A DNA stretch of 47,802 nucleotides from a virus (Duplodnaviria > Heunggongvirae > Uroviricota > Caudoviricetes), in the IMG/VR virus record IMGVR_UViG_2541047899_000009. One strand, 5' to 3'. Shown piece by piece: positions 30,278-39,186 of this stretch; within the stretch, counting starts at the first letter, position 1; each line of letters opens with the position of its first letter. The position numbers and the translations under genes are program-made. Under the pieces are notes generated by a model. It was given only the letters and a program-made list of their open reading frames with translations. It was not told the origin of the DNA and did not search any database.

Positions 30278-30281
<4 letters not shown>

Positions 30282-30565
30282 ATATATTTATGATGAGGAC
30301 GCTCGTGCTTATTGGCAGGATTTTCAATCTTAAAGGAGTACTGATGCTGCAGATAAGACTCAACTTTTTCTGACAATTTTTCTGCTACTTCCAGGAAGAC
30401 TTGCCGGACGCTCCTTCTGGCTGCTGCCTCATAAAACTCCAGCGCAGCTCCTTCAACACGGTCCATGGCGACATCCAGGTCAAAAATTTCACCGTCAAAG
30501 CGTTCTTTGTCCTGTAAGGCTACAGTTACCGTAACTTTATTCTCAAAATTACGGACTCCTTTCAC
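30278..30565 (-). CDS. ydfR: YdfR-like (DUF1327) protein
   Basis: 95-aa ORF between holin and endolysin, as recalled for Qin ydfR. Confidence 0.55.
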
Positions 30566-30593
30566 AACCAGTTCATAGTCTTGAGTCGTTGGA

Positions 30594-30809
30594 TTACTCT
30601 CCTCTCGCAGCCTTACGCCTGTCTTCTTTAATCTTGAAATAAAGATTTGTCAGATACGTCAGCAGGCCAAAAACCAGGCTACCCAGCACACCGATTGCAG
30701 CCCACTGTGACGGAGTTACTTTATCGAGTAACTGCAATGCCCAGAAACCAGCATTACCCGCCGATGTGCCATAGGCAACACCTGTTGTTAACTTATCCAT
30801 TGATTTCAT
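30594..30809 (-). CDS. essQ: class II holin / pinholin with dual start (S21-like)
   Basis: [71 protein letters not shown]; two TM domains and the M-K-S-M dual-start motif of phage 21 S. Confidence 0.85.
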   Translation of the reverse strand: MKSMDKLTTGVAYGTSAGNAGFWALQLLDKVTPSQWAAIGVLGSLVFGLLTYLTNLYFKIKEDRRKAARGE

Positions 30810-31028
30810 ATCCTCACCCCGATGTACACGGATGGTGCAATATGTTTGAAAAGATCGGAGTCTACGGGGTAGTTTTGACAGCACACGCTGTTCTCAACGG
30901 CGCTAAAGAAACATACACATTAAAAATGTGAGTAATTATTTTGAAAGAAAGTCATATATAAAATAATAATACGAGAAATGTTTTCATATTTAGTGTACTG
31001 TATACGGCCATTTATACAGGAAAAGCCT

Positions 31029-31199
31029 ATGTCAGAACGTAAAGACTCAAAATCACGCCGTAATTATCTCGTTAAATGTTCCTGCCCAAACTGCACCCAA
31101 GAGTCAGAACACAGTTTTTCAAGAGTACAAAAAGGTGCCCTTTTGATCTGCCCTCATTGCAACAAAGTATTCCAGACAAATCTTAAAGCTGTAGCCTGA
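31029..31199 (+). CDS. small zinc-ribbon protein (hypothetical)
   Basis: About 56 aa from the internal Met (MSERKDSKS...); paired cysteines CSCPNC...CPHC. Confidence 0.4.
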   Translation: MSERKDSKSRRNYLVKCSCPNCTQESEHSFSRVQKGALLICPHCNKVFQTNLKAVA

Positions 31200-31252
31200 T
31201 TGATTTTATTAGTAACAAGTATTTTTTATATTTTAATAATATATTTAAAGCA

Positions 31253-31283
31253 GATAATAAAAAACCCGCCTGAGCGGGTTTGA
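31253..31283 (-). terminator. rho-independent terminator of cspB
   Basis: Hairpin aaacccgc-ctga-gcgggttt followed on the minus strand by ttttttatt. Confidence 0.6.
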
Positions 31284-31562
31284 GATTGTGGTGCTTTTTG
31301 TGGGAGTCATCCACTTACGCACTTTGTTTTGCCATGCCAGCAGTTAGCTTCTGCTGTAAAACTATTCATGCAGCAAACCTGCACTTCACCACAATGGTTA
31401 GCATACTTTTCCTGATTAAGATTTTGCCAAATATGCTGGCCATTGTTTCATGTATTGGACCTCCTTAAATTTTATTAAAGAAATCCAATATTCACTACTC
31501 TGTCCGTATCTCTACTCAGGCATCAGCCTTCTTCGTTATCGTATACAGACGAGCGATGAATT

Positions 31563-31778
31563 TTAATCAGTAATGATGACATTTGCTGCTGCAGGACCTT
31601 TAGCACCACTCTCTATAGAGAAGGTAACCTTTTGACCTTCAAATAAGGTTCGATAATTATCATTCTGAATCGCAGAAAAATGCACAAACACATCTTTACT
31701 ACCATCAACAGGAGAAATAAAGCCGAAACCTTTATCAGCGTTAAACCATTTTACTAAACCAGTCATTTTATTTGACAT
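31563..31778 (-). CDS. cspB: cold-shock protein (CspA family)
   Basis: 71 aa: [67 protein letters not shown]...; recalled CspB. Confidence 0.85.
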   Translation of the reverse strand: MSNKMTGLVKWFNADKGFGFISPVDGSKDVFVHFSAIQNDNYRTLFEGQKVTFSIESGAKGPAAANVIITD

Positions 31779-32078
31779 TCTACATTCCTTAACTTGAGCC
31801 TTTCGGCATAAATGGTTTGCATAACAGAAACGACTTCGTACTTAATTGGAGAGACTCAAAGAAGGAATAAGTGAATAACACCTGAAATGAGAACTGCTTT
31901 AGTAAACTACTTCGTATATCGTCTGTTCTTCAAACCGACGCAATCATTAACGCATAGTTGAACATATGAAGCAATGTTTATTTTAGACATCCAGCCATCT
32001 TCAACCCCATCAAAAAACTATAGCTTTCTTCAGGAACGTGTGTATAGTGCGCCAAGTTATCAGTATTAAGGAATTTTT

Positions 32079-32291
32079 TTGTCCCGTAAAATGACAGGAA
32101 TTGTCAAAACCTTTGACGGCAAAAGCGGCAAGGGTCTTATCACCCCATCCGATGGTCGTATCGATGTCCAGCTTCATGTTTCAGCGCTCAATCTCCGCGA
32201 TGCAGAAGAAATTACCACCGGATTACGCGTGGAATTTTGCCGGATAAATGGTCTGCGTGGCCCTTCAGCTGCCAATGTTTACCTTTCATGA
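32079..32291 (+). CDS. cspF: cold-shock-protein-like (CspF/CspH type, divergent RNP motifs)
   Basis: 70 aa: [26 protein letters not shown]...[16 protein letters not shown]; divergently transcribed from cspB. Confidence 0.8.
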
Positions 32292-32587
32292 GCTATATTA
32301 AAGCTTTAATTTCAGGCCCCATCGGATCACACATGGAGAGTTTTTATGAATAACCCCGTCTGTCTTGATGACTGGTTGATTGGCTTTAAAAGCTTATGCT
32401 GTACTTTGGCCGTAATAGCTCTGCTAATAATATAATAAGCAGACTCATTGTGTTTAGGGACATTGTACTGGAAGAAAACATTTTAAACATCAGGCAAATA
32501 ACCAAGTCACCAGCTAAATAATAAGTTAACAGACATGAGTCCCGGGATGAGATTCAACATTACCATTGCCCCATTTAAAGCACAAAA

Positions 32588-32615
32588 CCCGCTCATCAGC
32601 GGGTTTTCTACTTTT
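32588..32615 (+). terminator. hairpin terminator after cspF (possibly bidirectional; candidate tR' on the minus strand)
   Basis: aaacccgctcatcagcgggttt followed by tctactttttc on the plus strand; the same hairpin on the minus strand is followed by tgtgcttt. Confidence 0.55.
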
Positions 32616-32645
32616 TCTTAACGTCGGGTATACAAAGCCCATCAT

Positions 32646-32681
32646 TGAAAAAATTTTATCCATATTTTTTGAAAAATGCAA
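32646..32681 (-). promoter_or_regulatory. candidate sigma70 late promoter (PR'-like) downstream of Q
   Basis: On the minus strand: TTGCAT, 17-nt spacer, TAAAAT, located about 35-65 bp downstream of the Q stop. Confidence 0.4.
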
Positions 32682-32712
32682 ACATCATGTCGCCATCTTC
32701 AGCAAAAATCAT

Positions 32713-33465
32713 TTATCTCGTCACCTTCCTCAATTGCGCTTCCGCGTATGCTTCTTCCTGCCAGCACTTTGTTACCAGTTTACCAATGACGTCCGCATAC
32801 CCCTTATACCACTGATAATCGGTCAGGTCTGGTACCAGCTTCTGGACATGACGTCGTGCCAGCGTGGTCGGTAAACGACTAAACCGGTTTCCATTACAAC
32901 GCCCACAAATCTTATATACCGGTACGCCATGAAACCGGGTTCTTTTTTCATCCAGAACAATCCCTTTACCCTTACACCCTCTGCACGCTGTGCTGACTTC
33001 GCCCTTACCATGGCAATGCTGACATAGTTCCTTCACCCATTCTTCCTTGATTACAGATTCCCCGCGTCTGTAGTGTTTCACCACTTCGCGCAATACATTA
33101 TAAAATCCCGTACCTGAACAATGCTCACAGCGAGCCTTACTTGCCGCAGACCTGGAGTAATCAGCAAAGGCAAAATTCACGAGGTAAGGAATAATCTGTA
33201 ACCGGATTTCTTCACTCAATTTGTTCAATGTCGGGTTATCCAGTGCCATCGCGTAATTTAGCAGGCCTTCAATCGCAAACTGAGCGTCCTGAACACCAAC
33301 TTTTGCCAGAAATAAGGCCAACCCAAGTGGTGCTTTCGACTGCACCATCCCCTGCGCTGCCATTACATCCGTAATTGTTAAACAACCGGTGCCTGTCGCT
33401 GGAGCGTCATCGCTCAATTTTGGAGATTTTGGGGAGTAATATTTTGGTAAGGCTTCAAGGTTCAT
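32713..33465 (-). CDS. quuQ: late-gene antitermination protein Q (phage 21/82 Q family)
   Basis: 250 aa from MNLEALPKYY; zinc-binding cysteine clusters (CEHCSGTG, CQHCHGKG, CRGCKGKG, CGRCNGN). Confidence 0.85.
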   Translation of the reverse strand: MNLEALPKYYSPKSPKLSDDAPATGTGCLTITDVMAAQGMVQSKAPLGLALFLAKVGVQDAQFAIEGLLNYAMALDNPTLNKLSEEIRLQIIPYLVNFAFADYSRSAASKARCEHCSGTGFYNVLREVVKHYRRGESVIKEEWVKELCQHCHGKGEVSTACRGCKGKGIVLDEKRTRFHGVPVYKICGRCNGNRFSRLPTTLARRHVQKLVPDLTDYQWYKGYADVIGKLVTKCWQEEAYAEAQLRKVTR

Positions 33466-33478
33466 GCTCGTTCTCCAC

Positions 33479-34567
33479 TTACGCCAGTACGCCAATTGCC
33501 AGCGCGCGATCGATAAAACGAAATATCAGCTCCAGTTGGGAGCCATACTTCTCTTCAAATGCCACTGTATCCGTATGCAGCTCGTTGTGATGCTTTCTGC
33601 ACAAAGGCAACACAAAGAGATCATGTGCTTTTGTTCCCATTCCGCCCTGCCCGTGACCAATCAGATGATGCGGATCGTCGGCTGGCATACCGCAGCAAGC
33701 ACACGGCTGTGTCTTAACCCAACGTGTGTATTTCTCCTTAACCCAGCGGCGACGTTTAGGCAGCTTCATGAAAGATTCCGGAGACTCTGGATCAACGGTG
33801 ATGCTTACCACCGTCTTTTCCTGTGGTAGTTTTTGTTGCTGGTGGGCGTAAGGCAACGGTGCAAGATTTTTTGTGCGTTGTTTCAATATGCTGGTGGCGG
33901 TCTGCTCTCCCGGTACGATGTCGCTTTCGCGGTACACCGAGCAGATTTTTTCCGCTGGTAATCCCAGCGAACGACGCGATACAGCCTCAGGTAGTGCATC
34001 CACCACCTGATTGCAGACCGCCCACCAAGATAATTCAGCCAAAGATAATTCCCGCTCCTGCGTACCGCTTATTGCGTGACGGATGACGTCAATCACCCAT
34101 GCTGTCAGATTTTGTTGAGCAAGCAGCTCCAGTGATTCCGATGTCTGGTCACGCAGTTGGTTGTCGCAGTGCCAACACAACACCATTGCGCCGGTACCAT
34201 AACGGTGAATGACTGTTTCAGTGTGATGGTAATCGCCATTAGGCCACTGGCAGGATGTAACATGACGTAATAGCCAGTCAGACAATGAGCCAACGCCGCC
34301 AGCAGCACGAATCACCCGTTCGTTACTAAAAAACGGCAGCAATGTTTTGTCTTCCGCCAGCGGCTGGCCAACGGCAGGAACGACTCCGGATGGCAGATTA
34401 CGCATGCTTTTTGGTTCCGGTTCCACCAGCACTCGAGGATTATGAAATATCTGTATGGATTCACGGCCCGGCTTAAGGACCACCAGCCCAAGCTCAGGCA
34501 CCAGAACAGGTCTAAGTAATACCCGCACGTTACCTCCAGATCCGTTGCTGGAAAGTGCGGGACGCAC
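33479..34567 (-). CDS. ydfU: YdfU-like (DUF968) protein with HNH-like zinc finger
   Basis: 362-aa ORF; C-terminal CACCGMPADDPHHL...LCRKHHNELH motif; directly upstream of Q. Confidence 0.7.
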   Translation of the reverse strand: MRPALSSNGSGGNVRVLLRPVLVPELGLVVLKPGRESIQIFHNPRVLVEPEPKSMRNLPSGVVPAVGQPLAEDKTLLPFFSNERVIRAAGGVGSLSDWLLRHVTSCQWPNGDYHHTETVIHRYGTGAMVLCWHCDNQLRDQTSESLELLAQQNLTAWVIDVIRHAISGTQERELSLAELSWWAVCNQVVDALPEAVSRRSLGLPAEKICSVYRESDIVPGEQTATSILKQRTKNLAPLPYAHQQQKLPQEKTVVSITVDPESPESFMKLPKRRRWVKEKYTRWVKTQPCACCGMPADDPHHLIGHGQGGMGTKAHDLFVLPLCRKHHNELHTDTVAFEEKYGSQLELIFRFIDRALAIGVLA

Positions 34568-34808
34568 GTGGTGGGCGTTCGGAGTAAGGCAATCTGACTG
34601 AGATTATCCAGTGACGGTAGTCGAGACTAAGGGCTTTCTTAACCTCGTATCCGCGCCTGCGGTAACACTGAATTATCCATTCAGCCTGCTCTTCAGTGCA
34701 TGGTGGATGCTGGAACCAGTCCGATTTGAATGCATGAAAACGCCGTCCGCACCTGCTGGCAAAGACGGCAGAATCATCAGAATTGTGTAATTTGGTATCG
34801 TGCGCCAT
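34530..34808 (-). CDS. rem: Rem-like small protein
   Basis: Internal Met MAHDTKLHNSDDSAVFASRCGRRFH... within ORF 34530..34919; position between hokD and ydfU as recalled for Qin; start uncertain. Confidence 0.5.
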   Translation of the reverse strand: MAHDTKLHNSDDSAVFASRCGRRFHAFKSDWFQHPPCTEEQAEWIIQCYRRRGYEVKKALSLDYRHWIISVRLPYSERPPRASRTFQQRIWR

Positions 34809-35169
34809 CGGTTGTCTCTGCTGGCGCAGCAGGTGCCAGTTGTTCAGGCTGGCGTATAAAGTATAAATAAACTGGTTCCAGTGTAAAGCCCCTACATTAA
34901 TGGAATAAAAGTCAAACAACAGATTGTTGGGATAAACACAACGCTTATTATTAAAAGCGATTAGATAAATTAAATTTTAATGTTATGCAATTTTACCAGA
35001 TCACCATAACATCTCGTTTGAAACCACCAAAACAACAACCATATCAATATTGATTATGTTAAAGTGAGTAAATATGGAAAACAACAAATCTGCACATTAC
35101 GCTCCTTTTTTATCTGTGATACTTTTTGTTTTATGCTGTGTGTGGGCATTATTTTTATAAAAATATTTA

Positions 35170-35198
35170 CAGATAAAATAAACCCGCCGAAGCGGGTT
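35170..35198 (-). terminator. rho-independent terminator of hokD mRNA
   Basis: Hairpin aacccgc-ttcg-gcgggtt followed on the minus strand by tattttat. Confidence 0.6.
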
Positions 35199-35266
35199 AA
35201 GTGCGGGTGCATTGAGGATGCCTGACACATCAGAGGTGGCGAGGGATTTCTCCCTCGCCTGGTCTC

Positions 35267-35422
35267 TTACTCCTCAGGTTCGTAAGCTGTGAAGACAGCG
35301 ACCTCCGTCTGGCCGGTTCGGATTCGTACCTCGCAGAGGTCTTTCCTCGTTACCAGTGCCGTCACTATGACGGTTAAACAGATGACGATCAGGGCGATTA
35401 ACATCGCCTTTTGCTGCTTCAT
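35267..35422 (-). CDS. hokD: Hok-family type I toxin
   Basis: 51 aa: MKQQKAMLIALIVICLTVIVTALVTRKDLCEVRIRTGQTEVAVFTAYEPEE; single TM helix, canonical Hok. The upstream in-frame extension and leader are consistent with mok/sok elements. Confidence 0.9.
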   Translation of the reverse strand: MKQQKAMLIALIVICLTVIVTALVTRKDLCEVRIRTGQTEVAVFTAYEPEE

Positions 35423-35699
35423 AGCCTGCTTCTCCTTGCCTTTCGGCACGTAAGAGGCTAACCTACATGTGTCTAGCATGAAATTGGCCTCAGATTAATG
35501 TTAAGCGTCTTGCAGGACGCGTAATGTTAACTGGGGCTTTTCTCTATCTGCCTTTGGTGTTCATGCCTGAGACAGATAGCCTCAAGCACCCGCAGCCATT
35601 CTACTTAACTCCCGTCACCTCGCCAATATGAAATCAATCAGAAAGGCGAACCATAAGAGCAATAGCAAGACAATAAGGCCCGCATGGTCGTACAAAGAC

Positions 35700-38498
35700 T
35701 CAGGCACCGTGACATTTTTTGTACTTTATTCCCGAGCCACAGGGGCATTGTTCATTCCGGCCGACCGCACCAAAAACTTCAGTTAATTTAGTCTTTGCTG
35801 CTTTATGGGCAAGCTGTACGATGTAATTTGATTGATTTTGGATTTCTTGACGCTGTACACCTGTGAGGCCTTCGATATAGGGAGCAAGGCGCTGCATTTC
35901 GACATCAGCTGCTTTATGCTGACCCGATAGTGCCAATATGACTGCGTACTGGCTTCGAACCTGAATCAGTCGATGTACTAGACCTGCCTCATTGACAACC
36001 GGCAGGACATGTTGCTCCATGACTTCCTTGGCACCGTCGTAATCCTTTATGGCAACAAACTCATCCGCCAGATCTTGGCCCACCCTGACCATGGATTCCG
36101 GGGCCATGGCCAGATTGTAGAACTTCATCGAATGAATACGCAGTAATGGTGACAGTTTTCCCTGCGCATCACGAATTCTGGCCAGCAACTCCAGAGCATC
36201 AGCCATATGTTTAAAGTGTTCCTGCATATTTTCGGAATGATTAATAGTTTTCCATAATGCGTCGGCGTTTTTTCCTATGACATCAGCAGGTGTGATACCA
36301 AATAAAGAATAGTACCCTTGTATAACATTACAGCTTAATGTTTCAGCATCCTTGAGTTTTTTTAATCTCCAGAGTGCAATGGCATGGTTGTAGTCAAAGA
36401 TGCGTTTATGTTCTTCATCTGGGAGTTGGGGGCGGACTTCCTGTGCCAGCTTTTGAACTTCTCGTGCATCATTGCTTTCTGCCGAAAATAACATTCGTTT
36501 CATTGCATAGGCCATCTCTTCTTGATAGCCGAACTTGTGCTCCGCAAGTAAAGCTCCCATGATGTTTAACCTCTGAGCAATGTGGTCGGATATTCCGTCT
36601 TTAAGCTCAACGAAAACAAGGCCATCCAATGCCCAGAATTTATGAACAGGTCCCAATAAGTCCGATGTTGCAGCACGCTCCAAGCTTGCAAGAATGTCGA
36701 CCGTCACGCCCATCTCATAAAACATTTCTTGGCCTGAGAGTTCGATCAACGTCGTGACATCATTAAGCTTAATATAAAGTTGAGTCAACAACGATAACCG
36801 TTTTGTATTGCGGGTATTATGAAGACTTTCAACTAAAAGGTCTTTCAGCGCTAGTAGCGCTTTGTTCGATATACCCTGATCCATCAGTTCCAGATGTTGC
36901 AGTCCTAGCCCCCTGACAGCATCATGTACCTTCAGGGTCTGGTTTCCATAAATTTCAATAGTGCCAGTAGCGCGCATTTTCCTAATTAAAGAAGCCGCAC
37001 TGCTTGGTGAAATGTTCAGCGAATTGATTAGGAGCGTAGAAATCTCTTCGCGACTCAGCCCTACGTCAGAGAGACTGAACAATGCCAGCGCGCTCTGAAG
37101 TAGTGATTCAAATCCCTGAAATACACGTGACAGAATAATTTCTTGGGCGGTTTCCGCAGTATGGGTTTGTTGCTGGAGTTCAGCACACAGAGCATCGACA
37201 CTACGCTCATAGTCAGAAACGGCGATTTTTGCGGCGCTCTCTACATACAGGGGAAGACCACCAGTGTAAGCCCGTAGCTGCTCGTATCCCATAGCGGTGG
37301 CAAATCCTCCGATATCGTTTACAACGACAGCTACCGTATCGAGATTCCATCCCTGCAGGCCCTCGCGCTGTAGCCCCGTCATGACCTCCAGTTCGCGAAC
37401 GTTTTCGTGAGGCTGGCACAACAGCACAAAACGAATATGTGTAGTTGCATTCAGAACATCCCGTAGATTTTCCGCAGGTACACGATGGGCGTTATCCAGA
37501 ACCAGCACCAAGGTGGTACCCTGCTCTTTCAGGTAGGTATCAAAACTCCTAAGAGCCTCAAAACCACTGGCTCCGGGGAGCAAAATCCTGCGCAAACCGT
37601 CTTGGTCACGGGCTGTAAATCTAGCAGCCATCTCCCGCACCAGCGTACTGGCCAGAGCTGGACCGGGAAGATCACCGGTGTCGTAATAAGCACAAAGTGC
37701 AGTGGAGTGTAATGCGGCCTGTGCGGCCCACGCTGTCTTGCCTGCACCTGAGAGTCCACAAAGGATACGGATCCGCTCACCAGATGTGAGAGAAGGTTCT
37801 TCGTTTTGTGGGCGGTACAGTGCTGGTGGTGCAGGAAAGTCCTGTAGCTGAACGATCAACTGTTCAAATAGTTCAGTAAGTTCCTCCGTGAAAAACGTAT
37901 GTTGTCCATTGGTATCGCCTCCGGTGGCGGCAAGCTGAACCAACCCTGCTAACTTCCAAATCAAGGATTCTGGGGACAATAGTGAAAATTTCAGCTTTTC
38001 TGCTTCTGCGATACACCATGTGGCCGCATCAGCCAGAGTACTCCATGCGGGCGGAAGTGCCGGGTGACGTCCAGCTGTCGACCGGGGCCAGACAATAAGA
38101 ACATCAGAAGGAAGCTTTTTATCGTCAATCATCTTCTGAAGCAGCGGTCCAGGCGCCTGGTTTACAATAATCACAAAAGAAGCCACCCCTTCGCGGTTTG
38201 CCGAAGTATGCTCATTTCTGAGCTTTACAAATCGCTCCAGAGCCCCCGACACATCGTTGGGCATAATAGGCTTTGAACGGGTTTTAACCTGAATGTAGAG
38301 ACGTTCCTGTTTGGATTTCAGCTCAATATCCTCATCAAGCTCGACAGTTACTGAGTCCATAGCAGCCCTCTGCGCCAAAAGTAAGCAGCCTACAGCGTAA
38401 AGATGCTGGTAAAGGAACCCCCGGTGTACCGCTTCGATACGCACCAACTGCACAGGATCCAGTACGTCCAGATGTTGTTTGTTTTCACTTCCCCACAT
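35700..38498 (-). CDS. STAND-like P-loop NTPase with N-terminal nuclease-like domain, helical repeat region and C-terminal SEC-C zinc motif; candidate Avs/NLR-like antiphage defence protein
   Basis: 932 aa. Walker A GLSGAGKT (about aa 248-255), Walker B LVLVLD (about aa 330-335), possible PD-(D/E)xK-like residues in the N-terminal 80 aa (VELDEDIELK...YIQVK), about 550 aa of predicted helical repeats, terminal CPCGSGIKYKKCHG. Single large gene flanked by AT-rich spacers immediately upstream of hokD. Confidence 0.6.
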   Translation of the reverse strand: MWGSENKQHLDVLDPVQLVRIEAVHRGFLYQHLYAVGCLLLAQRAAMDSVTVELDEDIELKSKQERLYIQVKTRSKPIMPNDVSGALERFVKLRNEHTSANREGVASFVIIVNQAPGPLLQKMIDDKKLPSDVLIVWPRSTAGRHPALPPAWSTLADAATWCIAEAEKLKFSLLSPESLIWKLAGLVQLAATGGDTNGQHTFFTEELTELFEQLIVQLQDFPAPPALYRPQNEEPSLTSGERIRILCGLSGAGKTAWAAQAALHSTALCAYYDTGDLPGPALASTLVREMAARFTARDQDGLRRILLPGASGFEALRSFDTYLKEQGTTLVLVLDNAHRVPAENLRDVLNATTHIRFVLLCQPHENVRELEVMTGLQREGLQGWNLDTVAVVVNDIGGFATAMGYEQLRAYTGGLPLYVESAAKIAVSDYERSVDALCAELQQQTHTAETAQEIILSRVFQGFESLLQSALALFSLSDVGLSREEISTLLINSLNISPSSAASLIRKMRATGTIEIYGNQTLKVHDAVRGLGLQHLELMDQGISNKALLALKDLLVESLHNTRNTKRLSLLTQLYIKLNDVTTLIELSGQEMFYEMGVTVDILASLERAATSDLLGPVHKFWALDGLVFVELKDGISDHIAQRLNIMGALLAEHKFGYQEEMAYAMKRMLFSAESNDAREVQKLAQEVRPQLPDEEHKRIFDYNHAIALWRLKKLKDAETLSCNVIQGYYSLFGITPADVIGKNADALWKTINHSENMQEHFKHMADALELLARIRDAQGKLSPLLRIHSMKFYNLAMAPESMVRVGQDLADEFVAIKDYDGAKEVMEQHVLPVVNEAGLVHRLIQVRSQYAVILALSGQHKAADVEMQRLAPYIEGLTGVQRQEIQNQSNYIVQLAHKAAKTKLTEVFGAVGRNEQCPCGSGIKYKKCHGA

Positions 38499-38732
38499 AA
38501 CCTATTCCTTGAGCTATTTGTTTGACGGACTCACATTAGTACTTCAATGTAATCAATTGAACTTGAATTATAATTAAAAGAGGCAAAGAAAAGTCATTTG
38601 GCCTATTCTCCGTTGATTAATACAAACTAACGATACCAACGTTCACCTGACTCAAAGCTGACAACCAGACTAGGTCTGGGCCTGTGCCATCGAAGTGTCA
38701 ATTAATATCTGAACTAATGCTCTTTAATTTCG

Positions 38733-39149
38733 TCACTTCAATAAATACCGAACATTTCCCTGATAAAATTCCAGTATGCGCTGCATAACTTCGCTCTGAC
38801 GACACTCGCGACAAATTATATTCTGTCGTCTGTTGTAACGGCGTATTTCGCCATCTAGCAATGAATAAATCAGGTCAGGGTCGCTCTTCTTTTTCACTGC
38901 CGCTCTCGACATTTTTTTGCGGGCTTTTCCCCAGTCCTTACTGGCCTGCTCCGAAGGAAATATTCCATGTCCTGAACCATATACTGCGCCACTAACTACC
39001 AGCTCTTTCGCCAGAACTTCTATCAGGTGTCTCGTCGCCCCGGTTTCATTTTCCAGTTGTTTACGCGTTTTTCGCCCATCTCTGCATACCAGTTCCACAA
39101 TGCGCGCCTTCACTTCTTCCCGCAGTTCGGGAGTAAAAACTTTTGCCAC
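38733..39149 (-). CDS. hypothetical basic protein (possible winged-helix DNA-binding), downstream of the replication initiator
   Basis: 138-aa ORF 37 bp after the replication gene; Lys/Arg-rich with C-terminal CRECRQ; no ATPase motifs. Confidence 0.45.
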   Translation of the reverse strand: MAKVFTPELREEVKARIVELVCRDGRKTRKQLENETGATRHLIEVLAKELVVSGAVYGSGHGIFPSEQASKDWGKARKKMSRAAVKKKSDPDLIYSLLDGEIRRYNRRQNIICRECRQSEVMQRILEFYQGNVRYLLK

Positions 39150-39186
39150 AAGCCCTCCTGAAAATTACCCCATGACCTGAAATCTG

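Noticed and set aside
37213-37780. Small ORFs (37213..37419, 37485..37712, 37529..37780) inside the STAND gene
   Set aside because: Overlap the long uninterrupted 932-aa frame; Arg-rich shadow translations.
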